From Macrostomum lignano (taxonomy: Eukaryota): DNA of 64,000 nt. The translations under genes and the position numbers were made by a program. Positions 51,701 to 64,000 of the stretch are shown piece after piece (positions within the stretch are counted from its first letter, which is position 1; each line of letters begins with the position of its first letter). The stretch covers positions 22,726 through 86,725 of the forward strand of contig NIVC01003632.1 in NCBI GenBank assembly GCA_002269645.1, given 5' to 3'. The notes beneath the pieces were generated by a model. That model was not told where the DNA came from, searched no databases, and was given only the letters and a program-made list of their open reading frames with translations.

Positions 51701-54700
51701 TTAATGATATTTTCAATGCTGCCAACGCCAACTGGAACTCAACAGGTGTGCACCATCAAGTGTCAGCACTGTCAAAGTCTCTGCAAACGTATACGCTGGA
51801 AAGAAAATATATAAGCACTGGAAATACAACAATTTCTGTTCGACTTTCAAGTAACCCTTTTGGAGGACCGTCAGTTAATCTAAGTCGGGCTGTGTTGCTG
51901 CAGGAGGGCATCAATGACACCAGCTTTGAGCCTGTCCTCGATGTGCTGAGCAACGAACCCTGTAATCTGAGGCTTAAACCACACACAGGTCTCAATGTCA
52001 AATATAACTGGACATTTAGCGATGGCGGTACGGATTTTACAACCGTACCCTTCAGCTCCTACGCTATTAGTGGCTTGGGACCGGCAAGTGTCAACGTCAC
52101 CGCCTACAGCACTTTAGACACGAGACAAGGTTATCTCAGCTTCAGACTGATCAGCCGGGTGAACATTCTCCATTTGATTGTAGACGGTCAGCATTTTGGC
52201 AACGACTCTGCAGTCAGCATTCACTGAACTCTGGAAGTGACTACCTCTGCACCATCAACGCATCCTCAGGAGAGACGCAGGGTCCGATCGCGGCCTTAAA
52301 CTTCCGAGTCTCCGCGCAATCCAGCCCGGCGTTGTACTTTTTGACGGCCACCTGTTACAACTCGTTGAGCAGCAGCTCCCGTACGGTTCCGCTTTATGTA
52401 GAGATTCCAGTAACTGGATTCGTTGTTGAAACCAATGCTGCTGAAGTTGGGGTTCCCTTCCAGCTGGAAATGAGTATCTTTAACGGAACACATCCAAAAT
52501 TCCAAGCCTCGATTGCGGGTGAAAACAAAACAGTGGTCTACAACTCTGCGGCACTGCGGGCTCTGGCAGAGGCGAGCTCACTGCCGACAGCAGGAATGTT
52601 TGCCGTTGTCTGTCGAACATACAACAATGTGAGCGACATTGTCATCGCCCTCAACGTGACAGCGCAGCACCGAATTTCCAACGCGTCCTTTAGGGTTCAG
52701 AGCAGCGCGATTGGCGTGAACAGCTACGGCTTATTTGAACTTACAATGTCTGCAGGCACTGGAGTTCAAATCAGCGTGCAGTTTGGCGATGGCAACTCCT
52801 ACAACTATACCACCACTGACTTGGAAGAATGGGGCGGTCGCAATCTGTCATTCAACCACACCTACACGATCGGTGGTAGCTTCACGGTGACTGCGACTCT
52901 CAGTAATCTGATTGGCAACACAACTTTGACACTCAGCGTCAGTGTGCTGGCTCCGTTGGGTCAGTACGCTTTGATCGGACCGGCGACTTCAAACCTGAAC
53001 AATCCTGTCCAGTTCAGCTTTCAGGTACTTAGTGGCTCTCCTCCCAGTTCGGCAAAAGTGACGTTCAGCTGGGGCGACGGCTCACCACTGGAGACCTTCG
53101 ATATGCTGCTCACTTGGACATACAACCACACATACGCTGCTTTGGGAAACTATATCATTTCCTTCAATGCCAGCAACCCAATTCCCACCTTGGCTGCAAA
53201 TAGTACATCCATTACAATTGTCGATCTTATCGTTAACCCCCGAGCCACGTTCACTCCGCCGGTGCTGGCTAAAGGAGAGTCGGCTTCAGTCAAAATCACC
53301 ATAGACGGCGGATCAGATGTCACCTGCACTCTGGTGCCTGGAGACGGAGGCTCGCCGGACGTTTCTGTGATTCCTAGTAATAATTTAACTGGCAATTTTT
53401 TCATTGTGTTTCTAATTAGCGACGTCTACCTAAACACCTGAATTTTATTTCCAGCTTCTGGACAAAATACGCAGAGAATCCTGACCAGCACCTACAACAC
53501 CAACGGCACGTTCATCATGAACTTGACGGTTTGCAACGCTGCCATGTGCTTCGTTTTCACTCACAACCTAAAAGTGGTTAACAAGTTGCAGAGCTCCACG
53601 CTGGGTCTCACTACGAATGGGAACCAGACGTTTGGCGGTACGTATAAACATATTTTCAAATTAATGCGTTTTATTTTAATAATCTTTCATGTAAATTTAT
53701 TGGAAATGTGTGTCCTAATCAAAACTTTTAGATCCCATAATCTTCACTTTCACCTACTCGGGCACAGCGGCTGATGCCCCTTACGGTAGCGTGATTGAGC
53801 TGCGCGATGCAAATGGCACTGCAGTCAGCAGTACAGAGCTCGACCTGCCGACCACGCAAGTGTCCGTCTCTCCTGCGCAGCATGGCTACGTGTCTTACTC
53901 ATTTTTCGTTTATAACAATGGCAGTAACTTCACCATTCAGAGTCCAGTGGTCAGTACAAGATTTGTCTTAAACTGTTTGTACATGAGCGCCGTTGTAAAG
54001 CACTTTTTTCGTTTATTTCAGATTGGCTCTTTCCTACCCATATCTAACCTGAGCCTCACGCTGATGTATCGGTCGCCAGGCAGAGACATTCTGAACAGCG
54101 GCTTCGGTGCAGACAGACTGACGTTCCCCAATAAGCAGGAGCTGGTCGCGTTGCCTTCGTTTTTCGGTATGCTGCATCGTTTGCATTTCATTGAAAGTGA
54201 CTCCCCGAAACCAAATGAAAAACCTACTGCTTTTTAGGAACCTCTGAAAAGCACACGTTCTCGATTAGTCAGATTCCAGCCCTTGGGGAGCAATCAGTCG
54301 CCACCTTTCAGCCGAATGAGACGATTTATCTTTATCTGAACTCGGTAAGATATTGAATTTTATAATTAATAACTACCTGAGTTTTACTATAACCAACAAA
54401 ATTTTATTATCGCTTCAGACGGGAAACTACCTGGTGAGTCTGTTCACCTGGAACCCAATTTCAAACGCCACATTCAGCACCAACATCACTGTCGGTGGCT
54501 CGATGATAAACGGCCGCGTTGTGGACGTGCAAGGCGTTAGCCGGCCTGGCCAGACACGCTCACTATCGGTAGTCTGGGACGTTCTGTCCGAGGACACCTG
54601 CGTGTACGTAGACCTGGGCATAGCAACCGAGCTGCACCTGTACGGCCCAGCTGCTTGTCTGGCAATCTGCAGACCACCCGACAACAAAGACTACAATCAC

Positions 54701-57700
54701 AGCAGCAGCCTGGTTTCTAACAACCGTATTGACTTCTCCGTCGTATACAAAAAGCGAGGCACCTACATAGTTAAAGTGTTCACTTGCAATCAATTCGCCA
54801 ACGACAGCTTCACTGCCACAGTTGCCGTATCGCCCAGTAAATGCCTGCCGCCGCATGTCACCATGGCCGATGAGCCCCACATGCGAGTAGAAAATCCTCG
54901 AAAAGTATTGCGCTCGGCCTCAGTGACAGTCGAGTGCATCATCACGGAGCTACCATGCGAAGCTACCCCGCAGAACCGGCGAGAATGGCTGATTGAATCT
55001 TTGGACGAAACCACGAGAAGCGTTACAGGCATTGTCGATGTTTCATCGCTGCCCACATTCGGCAATACTATCCTGGCTCTTCCACCCCGGTTCCTTGAGC
55101 TCGGGTTGTACCGCGTGACGGCTAGAGTGGTTATGAACACGACGGTAACTGTGGAGGAATTCGCCAATTATAGCAGCATCTATTTGCTCGTGGGCAGCTC
55201 TCCGCTTATAGTGTCCTTGACTCCCGGTGGCATGATCGAGGTGAAGAGAAGCGTTGGCCGTACCATCTGTCTGGAGCCCAAGTTGAACTCGTTTGACCCG
55301 GATGTTGGATCTATCGATCCGAATGCGCAGGGAATCGGATCCTGGGTGTATCACTGCTGGCAGAAAGGCGAGACAGAACCTGACGACTCAAGCCGCTCAC
55401 CGGTGCAAATTCCTAGAAACAGCAGCTTCAATGCTATCAATCATACTACGGGCTGCTTTGGTTCTCCGCCCGGCTTTGTGCAGACCGGTGGCTCCGGTGG
55501 AGCATTCTGCTTCGACGGAGCAAACCTCTGGGCCAACCGGACCTACATCTTCAAGGTGCAGGGCTTCAAAGCAAAGCGATCATCCCGATCCGTTCTCAGG
55601 ATTATTACTACAGATCTTTTCCCAGCCATCATTGACTTAAGGTGATTTTCTGATTCTCTTCTTCAAATCTAGCTTCTTCGATACAGTATTCTGGAATGGT
55701 TTCCCTCATCGGCGAGTTGTGCTAAATCTTTTAGGTGCCGATTTCCGGCAGAGTGTCATCGCATGAGCGGCACCGATCTCGGCTACAACATGGTAAACCC
55801 TACGGACACCGTGCAGCTTACGAGCAGCTGCCAGAGCTCTGAAAACGCCAGCGTTTGCGACAGCACAGCCTGGAGTGTTGAGTTCCTCGACAGCTCTAAC
55901 AACTGGGTTGTCGTTGACGCGCAAACAATGCAGGCATTTGTGCAAGGTAGGCAACTAGCTGTTGCACAGCGGATCAAGCTATTATTAGCATGCAAGCGAA
56001 GTCATCCCGCTCAATCGATTCCCTCATTGCAGGCTCCAGTTTCAGGGAAGTTTCGCTCTCACCGGATCTATTCTCCAACATCACCTCGAGGCGATTCCGC
56101 GTGTGCTTGAAGGTGGGCCTTGGCACTGTGAACGAAGGAGAAGCGTGCAGCCTTCTCTTCACTAATCTGGTGCCAACCACAGGAGCGTGTACCTGCAACT
56201 CTACAAGTGGCGTGGCTGCGGTGACGCCGTTCGAAATTTCCTGCTCACCATTTACCGACTCCGACGGCATTGACTCCTATCAGTTTATTTGTGAGAAATG
56301 GCCTTTTATTCTATTATCCCACCTCAGTTTACTCATCAAGCCATTCAACGTCACCTGTTTTGCCTCAACACCTTAGCTATGAATATTGCTTTGCAGTGGG
56401 TGAAGAAATGAATGAGGCGTTGAGCACGGAGGTGGTTCAATCCCTGAGGTTATTTAGATGTTTGGTTAGTCAGGGAAGAGATTGATTTTAGCTTAGTGCC
56501 TGGCGTATATCTATAGGCATATTTATACAATTATAACATACTGTATTATGTGCAGAAACTATTAGAAGAAAATGCAAAAAATATGCATACAGCTAATAAT
56601 TAAACGATGAAGAATACGCAGTTTATGTACAGAAATCTTTTGTTGAGAAAGTTGGAAGAAATGCGAAGAAAATTATTTTTGACTAGCATAGGAATAATTA
56701 CTATTTATGGAAAGCGCTGACGTACGGAAACTTCTAGGCGCTGCTAAATATACCCAGATGCGACAATTTCATCCCCTTAATTCACCTTAGTTCTCTGAAA
56801 CTAGATTACTAACCACCTCATCACGCCACGAACGCAGTGAAAGTGGGGGCCAACGTAACTACGAACGCATCGACTCTGATCGGCTTCAGCGACCGGCCAC
56901 TTTACCAGGGCCCGTTTCCGTATGTAGCCAGCTCTGTGGAAGTCTGCGTGATCGCCACGGACAGCTACGGAGCCACAACCACGGCTTGCATAGCGACAGT
57001 ATCAGTGAGCGCCTTGAGGGTTGTTATAATGGAATTCAAAGGACCCCTGTTAGTCTAACGTGACGTAAAACTCAAAGATCGTATAACTTTTTTGGAGGCC
57101 AATTTCTATGAAAAAAATACACTGTGGAGATATTTTTTAATCCCAAAATCAATGAAGGCAGGGCAGTGAAGATTACCATTTCTTTAATTTAGCATGTTAC
57201 TCTGTTATATTTTAATATACCTGTGTATTAAAAAAATTATTAAAAGAAAATATTTTGAAAATGAAATTTTCACTACACACCTATATACGATACAACAGAG
57301 TAACATGCTCTTCACTGCCCCAGATGCAATGAAATCATTGATTATGTGATTTAAAACTTTTTTCTATCTGCGCCGTGTATTTTTCTAGGAAATTGGCCTC
57401 CAAAAAATACACAATCTTAGAGTTTTTTCGTCCTGTTATCAGATACAGTGGTCCTTGTGAAATATCTGTGCAGCAAAAGCAGTAACGCAATGTTTTTCAA
57501 CTTCAGCTGTCAGAGCCGTCTGGCAGCTACTCGGCGAGCGAGCTGCAAAAAATTATCCGCGGCAGCTCCTCGATTTTGAAGACAGTTCACAAGGGCAACC
57601 TGAAGGAGACCAGCCAGTTGGTGCAGGGCCTGGCCGCGATGATTGTGTCGCTGAGTCGCAACAGCATCAGCAGTGAGTACCTGCAGTGATGCACCAGCGA

Positions 57701-60700
57701 GGTTCCCCAAATCACCTCAAGAGTGGGCAAAGCGAAAATAGAGTTGGATAACGTAGTTAATAGATCGGAGTCTTCGGAGTTTCAGGAACAGCTTTTGGGC
57801 TGTAGGACAGACCACTCTTTCACCAAGAAGCATTTAGGGTCGTTTATCTGGTGAAAGCAACAACAAGAAAAACAACAACAAGAACAACTGGATTGTTCTG
57901 CATTAAAAATGTGAATGATCGTCAAATTGCTAAACAATGAAATCGTTAGCCAATGTACCTATTTAGCAGCCGTCTCCGAGGCCCTAAAAACCCCGGGGTT
58001 TGGGCCACAGACACCAGCTGCTGCTGCATCAGTAAAGCGGCCGCGCCAGCCAGATTTCTACTAACGCTTGAAAGCTGCAGAAGCTACAGTCTATGGTCAT
58101 AACCTGGGGTTTTTGCGCTGCGGCCAGAAAATCCTGAAGTGGAATGCATTGAATATATCGAATCTGTATAGGTGAAAGTACGAGGCAGAGATGAAAGCGC
58201 TCAGTAGACGCAGAATCAAAAACAATTGAAGCTGCGACTGAAAGTCTACCAAACGTATTTATTTTCATCAAAGTCTACCGACTACGGGCCTGCGTAACCT
58301 ATGGAAACTAATGAATGACTGTGGGGAGTCACTTTTTAGCCCGCTCAGCAGCCATGCGACTCGGAACTAAATGATGGTCCCAGTTGAATCAGAGAGCAGG
58401 GAGTAGAGAATCGACAAGCTATTTTTTAGAAAAGCGTTGGTTGACTGAGCAAAGTCAGTGGGATTCTGCTGGGATTCACTTATCCTGATTTGTTTTCCCG
58501 CTCCGCCCTGCTCTTCCCAGGCCTGACCGGATCCGAGTCAGTCACCACGGCAGGCAGCGGTTACGACGAGATCAGCCTCAACGGGATCACTGTAAGCTGC
58601 TGCGAAAGCATTCAATCGAGGGATAGCAAGCCACTCCCAGTTGACAAGCTGCTTAGGGCTTTTAGGATAAAAAATTGGACAGTTCCAGGAGTCGCGTGAT
58701 TAAAACACCATGTGTGCCGCTCTACTGCTGGAATAGGCGTGGGTCCTCTAGGAGTCAGTGCTCGGCCACCTCAAGATTGCATCCCTTGTGGGGTTGGGTG
58801 ACCCAACTGCGAAGACGCCTTAATGGTTGACCAGCTGGCCTGCACAGGTCAGGTCCCCTAGCCACAGACGTCGCAGGACCACCGAGCCGGGCTCGCCAAG
58901 GGACACACCGGCCTTCTCTCTACGGCCTTCTAGGGAAAGCTGATACTGGATGGTGGTTGACACATGGACAGCTGAACAGGGCCCGCTACACTCGATCCAG
59001 TTTTTCGAGAAATTTCGAAGAAAATCGAGTGTAGTGTCCCTCTGCTGCAGTTTTCCATGGGTTAAAAAATCAAAATAAACTCGAGTCTTTGAATTGTTAA
59101 ATAAGATTACATACTATTCATAATTTTAGCTTGAAAAGGTAAAAGTCTGCAGTTTATGTTTATCGTATTTATTAATTAAGTTCGCTCCACATGAAACACC
59201 GATACACATCACAGTTTGCTCGACAAGGTGCACCAGTTGATTTCGTTGAATGCCCTCAATTTTGCCTCCTTGCAATGAAGATCTTTATTTAAGTTGCGAA
59301 ATTTTTATATTAATTTTTTATTCTATACGCTTGTATCTACCGTGACGGACATCTTTCTACTTAGAAATGGCATGCAAATTTGCTTCTGCTCTGCCAATGC
59401 TTGCAGAAATCAAAAAACCAACCCATCGGAGGCGCTTACCGGGTAAGACCGGGCACTCGCGAAATCCGCTTTCATTGTCTTGTCTCGCTTCCCCGAGCGC
59501 GCGCTTTTTACCGTGATGTCTCTGCGCACTGCTGCATGCTGCGTTCGAATTCGACCCCACCTACTCCACCTTGGCTTATCCGGAATAATTGCCCTTCCGA
59601 TTCGGATTTTCTCGGATTTACTCACACCGATGGCAAACCGTGTGAAATTTTGCTACTGGTTACACATAGAGAGCATTTAAATGATTATCTATACCTTATT
59701 TTTACCCCTAAAATAGGCGCTCTGGTTGTTATTTTTTCCGCCGAAACCATCTGGAAATAAAATTTGACAATTTATGAACTCTTGGTAGCAATCGCCTCCT
59801 TTATCGGCACCGCCCAGCGGTTCGTCAGTTCTAATGGCATTGTCAGCTTTCAATTCACCTTCGCCTGCACTCGCAGCTGCGTTTGTCGGGACACTGCTTT
59901 GCTTTGATTGTTCAGTGCAGCTGTTCATGTGAAGTGTCGACCCCTTTAATCTGCTTTTTTTAATTGAAAATTTCTGATCCATCATTTTTATTGCTTCTAA
60001 TCTGCAAAATGAGGGTCCCAGCTTTGAGGCATCTTTCTCTTGCTAGAGTGGAGGGGGGTTTGGGCTGCTGTCAGGAGCTCGAATCTCACATCGTAGAAGA
60101 CACCAAACTTCACAAACTCGTAACTTTGTAGTGTCACAAAGTGAAGTTTTGAATTAACGCAAGTGACTATTAGCAAGAAATTTATCGACTATGTGAAATT
60201 TCAATCCAGCGCGACGTGAGTATTGAGTAACGCTTTTATTTAGAATGAATCCAGTCCAAAAATATGTTTGCTGTAAGACTGTCTTGCTGCAGCTTGCATC
60301 TCGCGCACTACAAAGACACATTATGCAAGCTTCACCCGCAAACACCCCGCGCAACAATCCTAGAAACTGAAGTCGTTGTCCCAGAAGGAGAAAGACGCCT
60401 ACGAACGCAGCAGAGACGAACGCGCACAGGTCCTGGCTATGCTGTCTGAGACCTTCGCCACCATGACCTGCGCTAACTACGAGCAGATTCGTCTAGTCTC
60501 AAATACGATACAGGTGGTGAGCACAGACGCTGACGACCTCTCCAGGACGACACAGGTGAGCGCTGTTACCGTTCAGATACCTATGCTATGCCTGAATACT
60601 GAAGTAAAATACAAATGAGCCACAGTCAATGCAAACCACAAACATTGTAGATAAACTGCAAGAACAAACTCGTGGAGGTGGCCGATGCGGTAGTAGGCCT

Positions 60701-63700
60701 CAGCGGCTCTCTATCCAAGGAGCGCCTGACTGAACTTTCGATGCCCGTGTTGGCCACTTTGTCGCAAATAATTACAGTGAGTCACGTACCCGCCCTTTAC
60801 AGGGAGACTCGAATCCTTATCTTTTTCACTTGCAATTGATAATTCGAACAATACAAAATGCTATCCTATCAATCACTAACCCGCACAACACCAGGCCTCA
60901 AACGTGCACGTGTCGCATGGAACCCTGACTGATAAGCGCTCGTCCATGGCTACCCCGTTTGGAGACTACGACACCGACTGGGAGTCAAGTCGCGACGGCT
61001 TCGCCAACAAACCCTTGAGTCAGGCCAGCAGCGCATTCGTGGATGAGACAAACGGCGTTGTGCAGACCCAGGTTTCGACCGAGGTCACCTCTAGCTGTAT
61101 GTCCTCGATCACCAAGCTGACAAAGTCGATGACTTCTAAACTAGTGATGAATGACAAGCCAATGAACATAAAATCGTCCCAGCTCAGTCTGGTGCTGCAA
61201 AAGTCCGAGCCCGCCAGCCTGAGCGGTAGCCTGGTGCGCACGGGTCGTTCCAGGGTCACTCTCCAACAAACATGTGCAGCGTTACCGGCGGTCCGGAGGG
61301 TCGCTGCACCGGAGCACGCAGCTCTGTCAGCCTGACTGCCATGGCAACTCCGACTAATCCATACGTCAGCGCCGCCACCAACAACGGCGATTGCAGCGTG
61401 TCGACCACTTCGGAGGTTGTGACGCTGAACCTGTCGGATGAAAACGGCACCGAAATTTCCGTAACTGACACGGGAAGCAGCTTCTTCGACATTTTTCTGC
61501 GCAAAGATCCAACGTTCGAGGAGCCGAATTACATAGATCCCAATCCGATGCAGCCGATACCTCGCATTCCCGAGGGGATAGAAATCCAGGTACCGCTGAT
61601 GGGCCGTTCGGCAAGAATCGCATTGCTGAGCAGAAGCTGATCCTGCACGAGTTCCAGCTGACCGGCTCTGACCAGTCCGTGCACTTCCAGCTGCGGTTCG
61701 AGAACTTCACACTTGGCGTCACTCCTTGTCGGCAGTTTCTTGTGGTTGGCCGTCTCTGGAAGCCGCCATCGCTGACAGACGCAAGCGAGGGCTTTGATTG
61801 GTGGGCATGATCCCCTCCCACACGCGCTTCTGCAACGAGACGCCTGAACCAAACGACCCGGACCCTTTCACCTTCTTTGTGACCAATGCCGAGTACAAGG
61901 AAGCCAAAGCTCGTGTAAAAAAATCGGCATCCGACTGGGATCGAAGTATCGACAAGCTCAAGTTCGGTGTCAGGGAGATGTCTCAGGCGGAGTGGAACCG
62001 CTACGGTCCGCTCACTCGGCCTTCGATTCCTTATGAGTACACCAACCAGTTCAGCATCAAGTATACCGTGCGCATCTTCTCCGCCAGCTGCTACGCAATT
62101 AAGCCAGGCCAGCCCTCCTGGAATACCGGAGGTTGCACGGTCGGACCGCTCACAACGGTTCGCGTCACGCACTGCCAGTGCACTCACTTGACCTCGTTCG
62201 CTGGCGGCTGGGTTGAATCGCCCAACACTATCGATTGGAACTACGTGTTTTCAAACTTTGATTTCACCAAGAATCCGACTCTGTTTGTCACGGAGATCGT
62301 CATCGCTGTAATCTTCATTGCCGTTTTTGTTTGGGCGCGTCGATCCGACAAAAAGGATCTGGAAAAGGTAAGAATGGGTTAAGCCTAAATACATGTAAGA
62401 CAAAAAAGGAGCACAAAAAGGGGATGTGCGGAAACAACCCGAGCAAAAGCTCGAATCAAAAGTATTGTACTCGTATATTTAGCGTAACGAATGCAAACAG
62501 CGATGCAAGAAAAATGGGAAAAATTGTAGCTAAACATTTTTGATCTCACGCACTCAGCCAAGTTGACACTGGCAGGGCAGAGCAGGGCAGAGCAGGGTTT
62601 AAAACTGGTTAGTGACTATTAAAAACCAGTCGCAAACCATCGCATGTTTTATTTGTAGCTAGGAGTGGCGCCTCTTCGGACAACAACCCGGACCACAAGT
62701 ACCTGTACGAGATAGTCGTCAGCACCGGCATGCGCCGGGCGCCGGCACCGACTCCAAGGTGTTTTTCATCCTTAGCGGCGAACGTGACGAGACCGACACG
62801 CGACACTTGATGGACAGAAGCAGAAAAGTGTTGCAGCGCGGATGTGTTGACCGGTTCCTGCTCGCCGTGGAGAGGTGCGTAGACGGGCCTCCTGCTTAAT
62901 TTACGCACTTTAGTAGCCAAACCCATTCAAACCTATTTTTATCTATATCCTCCACAGACCTCTTGGATCGCTTAACTTTCTCCGTTTGTGGCACGACAAT
63001 AGCGGCGAAGGCTCCGCCGCCTCTTGGTACTGCAACTACGTGTCTATTATTGACTTGCAGACGAGGCGGCGATACCACTTTGTAGTCAACCGGTGGATGG
63101 CGGTCGAAGAAGACGACGGAGCGGTGGACGGGTCGTACCGGTAGCGGGCAACAGGAACTGGGTGATTTCAGCTATTTGTTCTCGATGGACACAAAGAAGC
63201 GACTGACTGACGGTCATCTGTGGCTGTCTGTCATGGCCAGACCGCCGGAGTCCCGGTTCACGAGGGTTGAGCGCGTGGCGTGCTGCCTGATGCTCCTTCC
63301 TGTCCATGGTGACGACCTGCATGTTCTACAGAGGAGGGCCCGTCAAAGCCGGCTGCTAGTGACGGTCTCACAATCGGACCGTTTCTACTGACACCTAGAA
63401 TGATATACGTGGGTGTCGTGACCAATCTGATCTCGTTCTGCCGCTCTTTGTTGTCATGGAACTGTTCCGTCGGTCGAAACTTCGAGTTGGTTACATCAAT
63501 CAGCTGAAGAAGGCCATCAACGACCACTTCGACGGGGCTGACTGGGGCAAGGAATCGCAGCAGGGCGACAGAGCCAAGTACGCCGAGAGTCGGCAGCAGC
63601 CGTGAATCCTCCGGCGTCAGTTCGGCAAGTGGACGTCGAGGAGAAAAAATTACCGAAGCAAGTTCGCTTCCGTGGTGGGTGCGCATTATTGCGTGGTCAA

Positions 63701-64000
63701 TTCTGGTGATAGGAACGGCGGTCTCCGCTTTGTTCACCACCTTCTATGGCATCCAGTTTGGGGATGAAACTTGCAAGAAGTGGATCTCCTCGCTTTTCAT
63801 CTCGTTTTTCTCTTCCGTGATGTTGTCGCAGCCGCTCAAAGTGCTTATGATGGCAGCTTTTATGGCCTTGCTGTGCAAGAAGAACTCTGTAGACGAGGAG
63901 GAGTTTTTGGACGATGAGGAGGAGGTGCTGAATGAGCTGGGCCAAACGAAACGGGCTGCAAATGGACGAGGAGTGGCTTCACGAAGACGATTTGGAGGAC
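48785..64000 (+). CDS. PKD1: Polycystin-1 family (PKD1/PKD1L-like) gene: signal peptide, WSC, PKD repeats, REJ, GAIN/GPS, TM1, PLAT, further TMs; incomplete at window end, frameshifted as assembled
   Basis: Exons 48785-49138 (signal peptide + GCY.D...C...C...CFC, WSC), 50311-50577, 50734-50914, 51063-51229, 51310-53376 (WGDG/FGDG PKD repeats), 53455-53637, 53732-53949, 54022-54166, 54238-54344, 54419-55641, 55735-55946, 56033-56290, ~56805-57004, 57507-57672, 58521-58591, 60373-60555, 60651-60776, 60895-62367 (CQCTHLTSF GPS + TM1), 62659-62874 and 62958 onward (PLAT WHDNSG...W; HLWLS...SRFTRVER; FPWW...FYGIQFG...QPLKV). Confidence 0.88.
49205..50081. repeat. 44-bp minisatellite (CCATCCTGAGCTTGACAGTGTCATCTGGGATGCGATAGAACAAC) x~20 in PKD1-like intron 1
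   Basis: Read directly. Confidence 0.96.
57062..57432. mobile_element. MITE-like element with ~55-60-bp imperfect terminal inverted repeats in a PKD1-like intron
   Basis: The left end AAAACTCAAAGATCGTATAACTTTTTTGGAGGCCAATTTCTATGAAAAAAATACAC matches the reverse complement of the right end, AAAAACTCTAAGATTGTGTATTTTTTGGAGGCCAATTTCCTAGAAAAATACAC. The interior is AT-rich and non-coding. No TSD identified. Confidence 0.7.

Noticed and set aside
58720-58830. Possible HDV-like ribozyme (AGGCGT...GTTGGG-TGA-CCCAAC-TGCGAAG-ACGCCT)
   Set aside because: P2, P4 and J4/2-like pieces are present, but I could not build P1, P3 and L3 with the required spacing. An RNArobo or Infernal scan would settle it.
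58984-59035. Inverted repeat CTACACTCGAT...ATCGAGTGTAG as a Helitron end or structured RNA
   Set aside because: Only an 11-bp stem, with no CTRR terminus or other supporting feature.

Overview
This is eukaryotic (metazoan) genomic DNA with GT-AG introns, GC-rich exons and many intronic micro- and minisatellites. That style suggests a flatworm such as Macrostomum, which is inference only. Spliced genes reconstructed by hand from phase-consistent splice sites: a WIP/verprolin-like WH2 + polyproline gene (76-2408, +); a RING-HC exon (8441-8782, +); a complete Delta-like Notch ligand (signal peptide, C2/MNNL, DSL, 7 EGF, TM; 10426-13550, +); two tandem small Shisa/WBP1-like single-pass proteins with PPxY motifs (15606-17659 and 20529-21418, -); an orphan 322-aa ORF (24790-25758, +); an SGSM1/2 (RUN + TBC) homologue (30185-44197, +); a tetraspanin-like 4-TM gene (45316-46231, -); and a polycystin-1-family gene (WSC, PKD, REJ, GAIN/GPS, TM, PLAT, TMs; 48785 to beyond the window end, +) whose 3' part has many single-base frameshifts. 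Mobile DNA: a 5'-truncated RTE-like LINE plus a second fragment, a tRNA-derived SINE, a MITE and a possible LTR+PBS remnant. Best leads: (1) the Delta-like ligand has a lysine-free tail and no DOS motif; (2) the SGSM TBC domain has Asp in place of the catalytic Gln finger; (3) several intronic minisatellites are built from the splice site or exon edge beside them; (4) an LTR-like element lies upstream of the tetraspanin-like gene. Most long ORFs in the supplied track are repeat artefacts. All homology calls are from motif recognition; no searches were run.
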